Assembly (NCBI GenBank): GCA_001600815.1
Contig: BCKZ01000001.1
Span: 2,018,804 to 2,082,803, forward strand
Length of the DNA: 64,000 bases
Direction: 5' to 3'
From: Alloascoidea hylecoeti
Taxonomy: Eukaryota
In this document: piece by piece, positions 26,601-39,039 of the stretch
Numbering within the stretch: the stretch's first letter is position 1
How the letters are laid out: the number at the start of each line of letters is the position of its first letter
Notes under the pieces: model-generated
Told to the model about the DNA's origin: nothing
The model's input: the letters and a program-made list of their open reading frames with translations, nothing else
The model's database searches: none
Position numbers and translations under genes: made by a program

Positions 26601-28716
26601 TAATTGAGCATCTGAATCTAGCAGTATTAGTATCTAATTACTGTTTTGATTATAGGAATCATTAGATCCTTCAATATTAATACATGCCATCCTTATCAGA
26701 AGATATAATAGAAAATCACCCAAGCCTATATGTAGGTTTTAAGATCATGGTTTTTTATCAAACATTAATTAATAGTTTATTTACTCCTCATTATAATCTA
26801 AGATTATAATAATGCTATATAATAGCTATAGGTTCCTCAGTTTAAGCTACCGGATTACCAAATATAAACTACACATTATACATAACCTGCAAATGCGAAT
26901 GAGAGAATGCATGTATGACTTTAGTTGAGAACAGAATCCACGATCGAATGTTTTATTTTAAATCTACTCAATGTTACAATTGTACATGTATAGATCTTTA
27001 ATATATTACAATTGATCATATCATAACTGTTAGTAATTAATTCCAATCGCAAACAATAACGTCTACTTTACAATTACATATAGAATGAATATCGATATCA
27101 CAGAAGTAATTATATATTAAATTTACCCAATTAATGTATATTATTACATATTTATAGGTATTTATAGGCCCATATATAATGTTATCACATAATTAAAACC
27201 TTTTTCGAATTAAGTATATGCACAATTGATATATATTTTCTTAGCTGTATTTTGAACAGTAGAAAAGAGGTCGTGCGACTTTTTGGTGTAACTGTTTCTA
27301 ACATGGTGGCGGCGTCTCTATTTATACCCCCATCTAGATCAACTGCAGGTTTAAGGGCGATGAGCAAGGCTTTTTGATACATCTCAGCTTTGTTAAAGCT
27401 TAGAACAGATATAATATTTATATAGGAGTTTTGAGCCAATCTTTTCCAATACTGATTATTATTAATTTATCCTAAAAAGGATATTTAAAAGCGTTTACCC
27501 GTTAATTCTAGAAAACATACCCACGATCGTACGTTTTGTTTCATAAGTTATAATTAGATGTTTTGGATATTTCACAAACGTTAACGTTATAATTACAGAT
27601 AGAGTAATAAATTATTAATATAATTAACGGTACATTTAGCTATATTTATATCATATGTTAACTAGTAACTATACCGTTGACTGCCAGTCCTTAGATATTC
27701 ATTACTATGTTTATGAAAATGTTGTTACTATGGTCAAATAATTATACGAGGTATCTCGTACATTATTTCTGCTACCTGTACTCGCAACCTTATACTTCTC
27801 CATGCGTCTAGATACAGTTTCGATAACAAAAGTCATATGAATGACAGGCTATATTGTGTTACTTCTTTATATTAATAATAATTTACTTTACTGTTAAGCT
27901 TGACGGCATTTACTTTGAATTTAAAATTTGGAACAAAATTATTAATCTTCATGCTCTTATATATATCAGATTTTTATCAATAGATGTATTTATTTCTAGA
28001 AGCTCGAGGAAGGAAGAATACTCAAATTTCGCTGGATCGGAATCTTATAATTATAAGAACGACGAGGCTTAAATCCAATAGAAGATCTATAAAGGCGAAA
28101 TGCTCATCTTTTAATAGAGTTTCAAATTAAATGATTGTAATGCTAATATATTATGAATTTGCAGTTATTATATAATAATATATAATAATCGGATAAGCTG
28201 ATATCAAAAATGATGATGCATCCCCATTAATATTAAAATGTCATGGGTCAATCATAGTTAACCTGCACACCTATGCTCAAGGGAATCAAACAACACACCA
28301 CAACATGTACAACAAAAGGATCAGTTGATCATGATGAGAGAAGATGCATTATAATATTGGAATTGTCATCTTCATATCAAATGATTTTTAAAATTAGGAA
28401 ATTCGGATCTTGAGGAAATTTATTTAAAGGTGAATCCGCATTTATTATTTGCATAATAAGCATGCAATAACAACATATTTTAATATGATGTAGATATTAA
28501 TTAATTATGTATATGTTTCTGCTTAAACATATTTTTGAAACATTACCTTAAATTTTAATTAGTATATTAATCTTTACTTTATATAATAATCCACTCGCGA
28601 TTAATTCATATTAAATATAAATTATAATCAAAATCTGTTGTAATCATAAATATACAATGTCATTTTTTTGTATATATACTCCAAAAAAATAAAGTGAATG
28701 AATACAGAAACACACC

Positions 28717-31700
28717 CTAATCATATATTTCGACTGGTGGTACTCTATCAATGTTATAAAACCAATTTTGAGACTCCATCTCTTTAAAAAGCCAATCCAC
28801 AGGAAACATCACTAAATGTCCTTGTATTTCATGTAACAAAAGTTCTGAAGAATATTGATCGTATATCTTATTTTCAAACCCCCTGAAACGCCGTTTTCTT
28901 CTCATTGTATGCCGTTTTCTGAAATTTGCTTCGGTGTAATCTTCATTTCCTTGCAGATTGTTGCCTTGTCTCTCTTCTTCATCGTCTTCTTCTGTAGAAT
29001 TTTTTGCTGCATTCTCACTGTCTTCTTTTAGATCAGGAGGTACCCCCAAAGGTCCTCGTTCTTCTAATTGCCTGACCGAAGAAGAACTGACAACTGAGCG
29101 CGCACCGCCTGTATACTTGGTCTCTTTATCAGCCAATGTATCTTGATACTCACCAAATCCGGAGTAGAGCTTTGTAAACTCCTTGTAGTCCTTCCACACA
29201 GTCACCTGATCATCTGGCTGGCATTTGAAAACTGAGCGATATATGGCTGTATTTCGAACACCAACTTCGAACCAAACATCCTCGTAGAACTCATCATCCA
29301 ATGGATCGTTTAAACCATATGGATCAATAAAAGGTTTAGCACCTCTACCTCCAATATCATTGAAATGATCAACCATGTCTTTATAATCCAAATCATCAAG
29401 TGAAACTACCTTAACTTCATCCTCGCCAAATGTACTAACAGTGAAAGTAGTTGTTCCAACTCTTTTCAAATCTAGATTTGTTTGAGAATCTTTACCAGGG
29501 GCTTTAGGGAACTTTTTAGTTATTCGTTTATAATATGCCACTTTTTTCAATACATCAAGTTGACACTTATAATAAAATTCTTCCCCAAATATTGCTCCTT
29601 TGTCCGAATTGAGAAATTCATGAATTATATCATCATTAGCCTCTGACAAAAAATTTTCATTACAAGAATCTCCCATCATGTTTTTAGACCATTCTATTAG
29701 TAATTTTTTAATTTTTGCTTGATACTCTTTTTTCTCCTTCATATGGTCAAGACCATTACCATCCACATCAGACTTGTGTTTTTCATTTCCTTGGACTCTT
29801 GAATCATTACTAATAGGTTTCTTTTCTCTTAAGCCTTTGTTTTCATCTCCTGCTCTTGTATTAAATGAATGAACCAATCTTTTCAGATATACATTTCTTT
29901 GTGATGATAGTTTATGTTCATATCTAGTTTCAGTTGGAACAGTTTCACTAATATCAAGGTCGTTATTTTGCAATTGTGCGGTGGTTAACTCATCTAAAAT
30001 ATGTTTAGATATCGATTTAATAACAGAAGAGGAATATTCTACTCTCCCATTGTTAACTTTCAAGCTGGAAATGAATTCATTAAATTGTATTTCGACTATA
30101 TCTAATTCATCAACATCAATTCCAAGATGTTCTCTCATCAATCGTAATCTTAAGGAGTGTGCAAATTTTGCTGCTTTATATGGTTTGCCATTCATGACAC
30201 TGTCTATTAGACAATGATCCCTGATAATTGCACAAATTTCAGAATCTCTACTACCTCTCATTGATCTCTCATTAATATTTGCAGAACCAATAATCACCGT
30301 TCTATCATCAGCAATAAGACATTTACTATGAATGTATAATTGTTCAGTTATCAATTTTTGTTTGGGTCCAATTTTACCCCATTTTCTTAAGGAGAAAAAT
30401 TGGATATATTCTTCTGCTTGAATGCCTAGTTGTTTTAATTTTCCGAAAATACTATTATTCCCTCTACTAATTGACATATACTGACATTGCATAATAACAC
30501 GAATACTCGAACCTTCAATGACATCAACTTCCTTTTCAAACCCAGGAAATAATGGTATAACAATAATTGCTTTCCATTTTTCTTTGCTTGCGTGGGCTCT
30601 AACAATTCGTTCAACCAATGCATCACCAATTCTATTTTTAATAATAGTTCCATCAACAGCTGTTGAAGTTATAAAAAATTGGTTTTCAATATAAACATAA
30701 TGTTCTGATGTTTCGATTACTTTTAAATAAGCATTTTGAATACTTTGTTCATATTTAATTAAGCCTGTTGACCATGAATTAGCGGACCTTAATAATTGCA
30801 TCTCACAAGTACCAGATAGTCCTGAATCTTCAGCATCTTCTTCTGTGATTTCAGATGGTGGGACTAAAAAGGGTGTTAGTCGTGAGGGCCTTTTCTGTCT
30901 TAATAGATAATTCCACCTCTGAACAAAATGTCGTTCTAAATCTCTTGCTATACTTCCAGAACTCATGAGGTGAATGTCATGCCAGGGCATTCTTGCTATA
31001 TTTTGCCTATCATACATATCTTCAAATGGTTTGTCAAGAGCAGAGAAATCTTTTATTCTTGGATTTGAATAATCTTTTCCTGGCCAAATTTGTGTTTTAT
31101 TAGCAGGAGGATATTTTGAATCATCAATATTAATTGGTATATCATTACTACTACGACTACTGATAATATTATTGGGATTTGAAGTAATAATTGTTGCAGA
31201 GCTTGAATTTGGATTATTAGTGAAAGGAACAGGTGAATCATCCACAAGAACATGATCAGGAGTATCAAAACGACCATAACAAAGATCAATACCACCGAGA
31301 AAGCATATTTTATGATCAATTAATACTAATTTTTCATGATGAGCCCAAAAAAAAGTATTTTGTAATAATTGATTTGGTGATCTCATTACAAATATGTTTG
31401 GATGAAGATCAAGTAATGAATATTTTGAATATTGTGAATCAATTGGTACAAAATTACCATAATTTCGATACATTACAATGAATATTTTTAACCCTTCTTC
31501 AGCTTTTCTTTTTAGTAATCTATCAAGTCTCCATTGTTCATTGCCTTCTGGTGGTCTTCTTAAATATAATTCAGGACTAATCCACCATCCATGAATATAT
31601 ATTATTTCTTTTGCCCTATCAATGGCAGCGCTAACTGCCCAATAATAATCTTTTGCGTCAACAAACCATTGAGCAAAAACATTAGATCGTATTGGAGCAA

Positions 31701-33759
31701 AACTACCAAATCGATTTGGTTTACTCCATATAGTTTTCATTGACATTGATCTAATTGCTTTAACCCATTCGGATACATCATACTCTGATTTACCAACAAT
31801 TTTCATACTTCTTTCTTTATTTTCAATCTCAAAATTTAAATGAACTTTTGGATGAGATGTTTCAAGCTTTTTTGGATTTTTGTTATGAGGATAAGTAATA
31901 TGAAATTCCGAATCAACAAGGAAAACATCTAATGGTGTTGTTGAATGAATATCCTTAACATATAATATATAAGAATCTCTTAAAATGAACCATTTCAAAG
32001 TATGTCTCTTAATCATGTCTTGAATATCAATTGGTTTTAAATGTGATACTTTCCAACCTTGTGTTTTTGATGACGAACCAATTAATAGATAACCTTCTTT
32101 TAATTTCATATTTTTTTCATCAAATAATAATAAACTCATACTTGAAATTTCTAAAAATTGTAATAAACGATTTGCAAATGGTCTTATCATTAATGCTCTC
32201 GAGACTTGTTGTAAATAATCTTCTATTGATTTTCTTAAAATTTCAATCTTGTCACTGTCTGTATCTTTCTTTTTATAGTACCCTGTTACTCTACTGAAAA
32301 GCTTTGGTTTGTAATAGTGACTAGCATTGTGATTTTGATTTTGATTTTGATTTTGATTTTGATTTTGATTTTGATTTTGATTTTGATTTTGATTTTGACT
32401 TTGATTTTGATTTTGATTTTGATTNNNNNNNNNNNNNNNNNNNNNNNNNNNNNNNNNNNNNNNNNNNNNNNNNNNNNNNNNNNNNNNNNTTTGATTTTGA
32501 TTTTGATTTTGATTTTGATTTTGACTTTGATCATCATTATTAATATTATTGTTATAATTTGAAGCTTCTATAAAACTGCTTACATTTTTATGTTTATGTG
32601 AAGTTTGATCATTGTTAGTATCTCTAGGAGATAAGCGATGTGTAGGATGAGATTGTGATGTCACAAAGGAACCTTCGGGGAATATAGAGCCATCATCAAC
32701 AGATGCATATGGTGTTGGTGAATCCATATATGGTGCCTGTAAAACTTGTAATCGTGGTCTTTCTGAAGTCGTCTCTGGAGAATTTGAAAGTTCATAAATT
32801 TTTGGATTATTGTTATTTTCATTTCCTTCTGAATGTAATCTTGGAAATTTTGGTAATTTTAATTCACCAGTTGATCCATTACCACCTTTTCTTAACTTAT
32901 TTGCTTGAAAAATAGCAACCTTCAACTTTGTATGAAAATTCAATAAATCATTATAACTTTTTAAAACGTACCATTTTACACAATAATCACCAGAACCATA
33001 TTCCAATTCAATTTTATATGTTGGATTACGATCATTTAGTGTATAAATATCAATAACATCAAATTTTAATTGTTGTAGTAATATTGGAGCACGCCGTATA
33101 TTATGTTCATCCCTTTGAAAAGCAGAAGCTAAAATTAAAGCAGCTGGAGTACCTATTGATAATTCAGATATTAATTCAGATGATTTCTTTTCATCTTTTA
33201 AAATTTTGGTTGTTTTTTTCTTTCTTTTGATTTTTAAGCCATGTTTCAGATCCCGAAACTTGTTAAAATGGGGACTTTCCGGGGTATTAAACATTGAAAG
33301 TCTCCGTCTCCAACTAGGTTGATCATCTATCGTTGATTTTTTACTAGACTCCGGTTTTTTATCTGAAGCTATAGTACTAGAAGTTGGTGGTTCCAATGCT
33401 TTACCATCATCGTTATTATGTCCTTGATTGCTAATGTCCTTTGACTTTAATGATCGATTCCGAAACAATTCCGACCATCTTTTTGCAGATGTCCCATCTA
33501 TAGAGTAATGTTTGGAAATTTTAGCCGAAATATTTGGTTCATATTTATTAAGGCTTCCATTTAAATCATTTGTCTTTAATAACGAGTCAATATCGAAGGT
33601 GTTAATGTCTCTATTAACGGCCGGAGGTGATGAATGTAGCGACAACTTCGCACTGAGATTACTTTTATCCTTGCTTTTTGATAAAAGATCATTTTCATGT
33701 GATGAACTCAGAGATGCAACCGGTTGGCCGTTTTGGTCCGAAAAGGCCGGTGGGTTCAT
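28717..33759 (-). CDS. SPO14: Phospholipase D1 (PX, PH and two HKD domains); spans an assembly gap
   Basis: 1680-aa ORF with HHEKLVLID, HSKCLIADD, WWISPELYLRRP, RMPWHD and YIENQFF. Confidence 0.95.
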   Translation of the reverse strand: MNPPAFSDQNGQPVASLSSSHENDLLSKSKDKSNLSAKLSLHSSPPAVNRDINTFDIDSLLKTNDLNGSLNKYEPNISAKISKHYSIDGTSAKRWSELFRNRSLKSKDISNQGHNNDDGKALEPPTSSTIASDKKPESSKKSTIDDQPSWRRRLSMFNTPESPHFNKFRDLKHGLKIKRKKKTTKILKDEKKSSELISELSIGTPAALILASAFQRDEHNIRRAPILLQQLKFDVIDIYTLNDRNPTYKIELEYGSGDYCVKWYVLKSYNDLLNFHTKLKVAIFQANKLRKGGNGSTGELKLPKFPRLHSEGNENNNNPKIYELSNSPETTSERPRLQVLQAPYMDSPTPYASVDDGSIFPEGSFVTSQSHPTHRLSPRDTNNDQTSHKHKNVSSFIEASNYNNNINNDDQSQNQNQNQNQNQXXXXXXXXXXXXXXXXXXXXXXNQNQNQNQSQNQNQNQNQNQNQNQNQNQNQNHNASHYYKPKLFSRVTGYYKKKDTDSDKIEILRKSIEDYLQQVSRALMIRPFANRLLQFLEISSMSLLLFDEKNMKLKEGYLLIGSSSKTQGWKVSHLKPIDIQDMIKRHTLKWFILRDSYILYVKDIHSTTPLDVFLVDSEFHITYPHNKNPKKLETSHPKVHLNFEIENKERSMKIVGKSEYDVSEWVKAIRSMSMKTIWSKPNRFGSFAPIRSNVFAQWFVDAKDYYWAVSAAIDRAKEIIYIHGWWISPELYLRRPPEGNEQWRLDRLLKRKAEEGLKIFIVMYRNYGNFVPIDSQYSKYSLLDLHPNIFVMRSPNQLLQNTFFWAHHEKLVLIDHKICFLGGIDLCYGRFDTPDHVLVDDSPVPFTNNPNSSSATIITSNPNNIISSRSSNDIPINIDDSKYPPANKTQIWPGKDYSNPRIKDFSALDKPFEDMYDRQNIARMPWHDIHLMSSGSIARDLERHFVQRWNYLLRQKRPSRLTPFLVPPSEITEEDAEDSGLSGTCEMQLLRSANSWSTGLIKYEQSIQNAYLKVIETSEHYVYIENQFFITSTAVDGTIIKNRIGDALVERIVRAHASKEKWKAIIVIPLFPGFEKEVDVIEGSSIRVIMQCQYMSISRGNNSIFGKLKQLGIQAEEYIQFFSLRKWGKIGPKQKLITEQLYIHSKCLIADDRTVIIGSANINERSMRGSRDSEICAIIRDHCLIDSVMNGKPYKAAKFAHSLRLRLMREHLGIDVDELDIVEIQFNEFISSLKVNNGRVEYSSSVIKSISKHILDELTTAQLQNNDLDISETVPTETRYEHKLSSQRNVYLKRLVHSFNTRAGDENKGLREKKPISNDSRVQGNEKHKSDVDGNGLDHMKEKKEYQAKIKKLLIEWSKNMMGDSCNENFLSEANDDIIHEFLNSDKGAIFGEEFYYKCQLDVLKKVAYYKRITKKFPKAPGKDSQTNLDLKRVGTTTFTVSTFGEDEVKVVSLDDLDYKDMVDHFNDIGGRGAKPFIDPYGLNDPLDDEFYEDVWFEVGVRNTAIYRSVFKCQPDDQVTVWKDYKEFTKLYSGFGEYQDTLADKETKYTGGARSVVSSSSVRQLEERGPLGVPPDLKEDSENAAKNSTEEDDEEERQGNNLQGNEDYTEANFRKRHTMRRKRRFRGFENKIYDQYSSELLLHEIQGHLVMFPVDWLFKEMESQNWFYNIDRVPPVEIYD
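32330..32526 (-). repeat. (AATCAA)n hexamer microsatellite encoding (NQ)n within SPO14; contains an N-gap
   Basis: Direct (gatttt)n run on the plus strand on both sides of the Ns at about 32425-32488. Confidence 0.95.
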
Positions 33760-34959
33760 AATAATCGACGGGCTGAGGAGTAAATTAAAAGTTGAGAATT
33801 AATTTTGATGGTTTGTTTTTGTTACCATAACCAAAAAAATATATATATATATATAAAGTTTTTCTAAACCTCACAAGATGATAAAGAAAAATAGCTGAAG
33901 TCCACAAACTTTAATAATATAAACATGAGAGTACACTATTGTCTGTTCTAGACATGCAAAATATGTACATATGCTACTCTCTAGGAATAAATACCAATTT
34001 CCAACCTTCGATTGTTTAAAAACACAGGGTTGAAAAGTAATCAACATAAAAATATAACATATCCAGGAAGTTTTCATTATCTAAATAGACTTGGTGTAAT
34101 CAAACAAGGATTGCTATAATTCCTCGGATTTGGTATTCTGAACTAAATTTTGTATGCATATGAACCCAATTCTTCCTAATTAGTTTCTGAGCCAATTTCT
34201 ATACCATTTCATTGTCTATTTTGTGAATTATTAGTAGAAATAAATAGAATAGTGATTTTATCAGTCATATTGTAATTGAAGCTGATACAGAGATTTTATT
34301 ACCAATTATATGTCCAAAGTGTTAAGAGGTGACTTGTAGAAACTCATCAGAAAATTCCATATAGGACACTTTTTACAACCGGGTAAAGCCAAAAGTTGCA
34401 AAGCTTTTTTGGATGTTATAACCACTGAATTTTATACAAGGTCTTAATCACAATAATATAATAGTTTACATGTATAAGATATATATTCTGAAAATTCTAT
34501 AGAATCTATTAGTGTATAAAACCAAACTTTAGATCTAGATCTATTATTTATTATTGGCGCTCTTAAGTCCTTAAAGGGACATGGGTGGGAATCAGATTAT
34601 CAATGAGATCACAGACTCAGATTATTTTGATAAAGTGAAGTCGCTAAACGTTCAAAAATATAATTGCACACCTTTTTCACTTAATTTAGGCCTATGTGTC
34701 ATTCTAAAGGTTTGTAGCGCTTTCACTTTATTTAATTTTAGCGATTAAATAGTAATTTATATTGTAGTAAATATTTACTAGGTTTTTACCTGATGATAAT
34801 AACAATTAGTAGAATGACAAGCAAAGCTAGATGAGAAAGACGAAAAAAAATACATCAATATTAATATTAATATTAAATATTAAACTTTAAGAACAATCAA
34901 CTTTTCAATTCAACCCTATATAATAATAATAAAATTTTTTAGCTATATAATATAATCAA

Positions 34960-37346
34960 TTATTCGGATTCAAAATCATAATATAAATTTAAAAAATCTA
35001 AATTTGAATCCATTAATTCAACAATTCCTTCATTTTGCTCAAATTGTGAATCTAAATTTGTACTACTAGTACTATTACCATAATGATGAGATTTTGAACG
35101 TGAATGTTTATGTTTATGTAAATTATTACCATTATTTTCAGTTCCATTATTATTTGTTAATTCAGGTATTGAAAATGAATAATTTGCACTTATTGTAGTT
35201 TTAATTTTAGTTAAACCTTCTTCTTTAATTAATGATTTTAAAGTATTTAAAATAATTGGAGAAAATTGAGAATACCAACGATGATTCCATGAAGATAATT
35301 TAACTATTTGATCTAATAATTGATAATTTATTTGATTTAATCTATTATTAATTGTTGTTATATCATTTAAATTATTTTGTGTTAATTGTTTTAATTTTAT
35401 TTCATTTTTTTCATCATTTAAAATTAAAATTAATTTTAAAGTTGATCTTGGACTAAAAACACCATTTTTTAAAGATTTAAAAAAAGCATCTTTTGATTCT
35501 TTTTTATATTGTAAACGTAATGAAATAATACCTAATATTTCCCATTCAATTGAAGATTTATTATAAGGTAATTGTTTTGATTTATAATGTACATATTCCG
35601 ATTGCCAAAATGTGAAAATTCTTAAATCTTCATATAAAATCATAAATAAATTATCTAACCATCTTTCACATAATCTTTTTTTTTTAAAATCATTATTTTG
35701 TTCTTTTTCTAAAATATTTAAATTTGAATGAGTAATATTTGTATTTTTTTTAATGTGATGTGATAATGTATTTGATTTATTATTTATTGTAAGTAATGAT
35801 AAAGATTTTTCTTTTTTATATTCTTCTTGCATTACAAAAACATTTGCTCTAAATTTTAATAATTTATCCCATCCAATTTTTAAACAAATTTTTGTTAATA
35901 AATTATATGCTTTTAAATAAGTTGATTTTAAATTATTTGCAGGTAAATTTAATAAATTTGAATCAATTTTTTTCTTTTTATTTTTATTTTTAAAATCATT
36001 ATCATTATCATTATAATTTGAACCATTCGAATTTAAAATATCATATAATATACCAGTTTTAGGAATTGGTAAATGAGGTGGTGATGAACTTAATAATGAT
36101 AAAGATTTTGGTATAAATTTTTCACGATTTGGTATCATTGGACATGAATTTAAAGTAGTTAAAGCTTCTTCAAATTTTTCCAATTGAATATAAATTTCAA
36201 CTAAATTTGACCATGATTTAAATTCAGATGGTTGTGATTCAATTGCTTTTATACCTAACATTAAAGCATAGTCATTTTTACCTTTTTTTAAACAAAATTC
36301 AGATTCAAGTATTAATGAATGATAATTTCTTGGATTTAATTTTAATGTTTTATAAATTATATTAATTCCTAAAAATTCATCATTTTTTAAAAATTGGATT
36401 TTTGAAATTAAATATAGTATATCACTTTCATTTGAATTATCATTTGAATTTTCATTTTTATCTACTTGTGATTCATTTTTTAAATCTAATAAAATATCAA
36501 TTGCCATTTTATAAATATCATTACCAGTTATTTCAATTAATTTAAATAATGCATCAACCATAAAATTATTAACAATACATGGAGATTGAACAATTGATTC
36601 ACAACCTAAATCAGGACCTTTATAAAATAATTGTTTAAAAATTTGTAAGAATTTAATTGAATATTCGGTAAAACTTAAAGGATTTAATTTTTTACAATGA
36701 ATTGTTAGATAAGAATCATCATCAGAATATAATAAACTTCTAATCATTGAAGATTGAAAAGTTTCCAACCATTGAATATCAGTAATTTTATTTCTAACTT
36801 CATTTTTAGAACTTGAAATTGATATTGAATTTGAGTTTGAAATTGATGACAAAGAATAAGAATCCATTGAACCGGGGATATTAACAACCACTCGGATATC
36901 TTGTTTTGAAAAAGCATTATATGCAGAATAAGTTGCGGTTTGAACTTTCCAAGTTCTGTGTTTACCAAACCATATTTGATTTTGACCAAGAGGAACAGTT
37001 AAGGAGTTTAAATAAGCGGCAATTGAGGCAGATGAAGAACTATCTACACCGGAAATATAAAAGTAAGTAGCAGACTATAAAGATTGAAGGTTAGAAATGT
37101 ATTTAAATAAGAAAAATAGTTGACAATGTACCTCTTTCCCAGAACTGGAACGTTTGACGATATCAATGAGGTCAGGGGGTCCCAAGTCATGATAAGTTTG
37201 TAGGGATTTTGTTCTCAACACAGTGGCCTCGTTGAGGTTTCGCTGCAGCACTCTAATAATAGCACTCATTAACCTACGAATACACGAGTTCGGCAATGGA
37301 AATAGACAACATACTCAGGAAAGACCTCTTCAGCTTTGGCAGTCAT
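34960..37346 (-). CDS. BCH1: ChAPs-family exomer cargo adaptor (Bch1/Bud7-like); introns 37253-37314 and 37075-37131
   Basis: Spliced N-terminus MTAKAEEVFPE-VLQR...DLGPPDL...-SATYFYISGVDSSSSASIAAYL runs into the ORF with ALTTLNSCPM, GWDKLLKFRANVFVM and KRLCERWLDNLFMILYEDLR. Confidence 0.85.
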
Positions 37347-37421
37347 TTGGTGCTAAAATACAAATTGAGGAGGTTTATTAAATATTAATAGTACACAGAG
37401 GAACGGGTGTTTAACTTTGTG

Positions 37422-37982
37422 CTACACGTCAAGATCCATCTCCATTTCGTCAGCATCCACGTTTTTCATTTCTTCTTCTTCTTCTGCTTGTTCAGCCAGA
37501 GTCCAGTCTTTGCTGGTCAAGCAGTACTTCTCGGGAGGCAGCCGCAACCCCCACCCGGCCATCACCGCCGGGAGTGCTTTTTTGTTCTTCTCGGCCGCAA
37601 CCTCCAGCAGCAAAGCCTTGGGAGGTGCTGGTTTAAACTGGTAATTGGTCCTGGCTGCCACGGCCAGCCGGATATCCTCCACCGTCAGTGGGTATGTCTT
37701 TAAGTTGTTTGTGCCCAGCGACCCCGCGTGGTCGTGGTACAGCACCGCGTCCTGTAGAACCCCGTAGGAGTACCGGTATGCAAAGTCCATCAGCTGTAAC
37801 GGAACATGATCCTGATACTGTGTGATTCCCAGCGACGCCAGAATCAAATGGAGTAAGCGAACGTCCCGAGGAACGGCCAGGTGATCTGGCGATGAGTCCA
37901 GCATGGCGTCCGGCGCAATTGTGCCTGCAGACACCCCGGGAACTTTTGTGTTGGTCAGTCCTCCGTTCGCGTTGGTGTCCAT
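37422..37982 (-). CDS. TAF9: TFIID/SAGA histone-fold subunit Taf9
   Basis: PRDVRLLHLILASLG, VPLQLMDFAYRY, EDIRLAVAARTNYQF and GLRLPPEKYCLT. The first ATG is at 37982. Confidence 0.95.
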   Translation of the reverse strand: MDTNANGGLTNTKVPGVSAGTIAPDAMLDSSPDHLAVPRDVRLLHLILASLGITQYQDHVPLQLMDFAYRYSYGVLQDAVLYHDHAGSLGTNNLKTYPLTVEDIRLAVAARTNYQFKPAPPKALLLEVAAEKNKKALPAVMAGWGLRLPPEKYCLTSKDWTLAEQAEEEEEMKNVDADEMEMDLDV

Positions 37983-38119
37983 TTTGGTGTTGTGAAGTTG
38001 AGTTTGCACGAGTGAGATAAGTTAGTGTGTGTATGGGTGTACTCCCCATGATTGTTTGTTTACGTTTACGATCTTTTTGATCCTTTTGAGTGATATCATT
38101 TTTGATAACTACACAAAAA

Positions 38120-38998
38120 ATGGCAAAACAGATCATTTTAAATATGGAAAAGGAAAAGGAAAAGGAAAAGGATTACGAAAAAGAACAACTGGAATTAGAA
38201 AAAGAAATTGCTTATTTACAAGATCAAAACCGTTGGTCCCCTTCTTTATCCCGTTCCCCAAGTTCCATTAGTTCTGCAACTTCCGCTTCATGCCTATCAA
38301 CAAACACTTCTGAATATGATAAATTAGATAAATATGAAATTGCAATAAAACAAATAGCTCAACTTGAAACCGAACTTTCGGAATTCCAATCTTCTTCAAG
38401 AGAATTAGAATCTGAATTAGAAAATGAATTAATAGAATCTGAAAATAGATATTCTTTGTTAGAATCAAAATGCTCAAAAGCAATTAATGAAAAAGATTCT
38501 TGGAAAAAAAAATTTATTGAATTACAACAAGAATCTTCAAGAAATGAATTAAATTCTCAATTAGAAATTAAAAAATTAAAAGATTCTTTAAATTTAGCAA
38601 ATGATAAATTAAGAGATGTTGAAATTACAAATGATGATTTAGAACAACATGAAAGAATTGCAAAATTTACTGTTGAAGATTTAGAAATTAAATATAATAA
38701 AACGTTAGAAGATTTAACTTTACTAGAATCAGAGTTAATTATTAAAACTCAATCAATTAAAGAATATGAAGATAATATACAAAGATTAAAAGATGAATTA
38801 CGGGATATAAGAGAAGAATTAGATATTATAAATGAAAAATTAAGAAAATCTGAAGATGATAGATTATCTTTAATTGATGAATTTACTAGAAAGTCTCAAA
38901 ATGCCAATCAAACTGTAATTCAACAACAAAATTTAAAATCAAAATTAACAACTCCTAAACTTACAAAGTTTATTCCACCTCCTACAATCATGACCCCC

Positions 38999-39039
<41 letters not shown>

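Noticed and set aside
32286..32562. (IK)n and (IL)n ORFs
   Set aside because: Alternative readings of the hexamer microsatellite in SPO14.
37407..38271. Extra ORFs overlapping TAF9 and the NudE start
   Set aside because: GC-rich shadow frames with no recognisable motifs.
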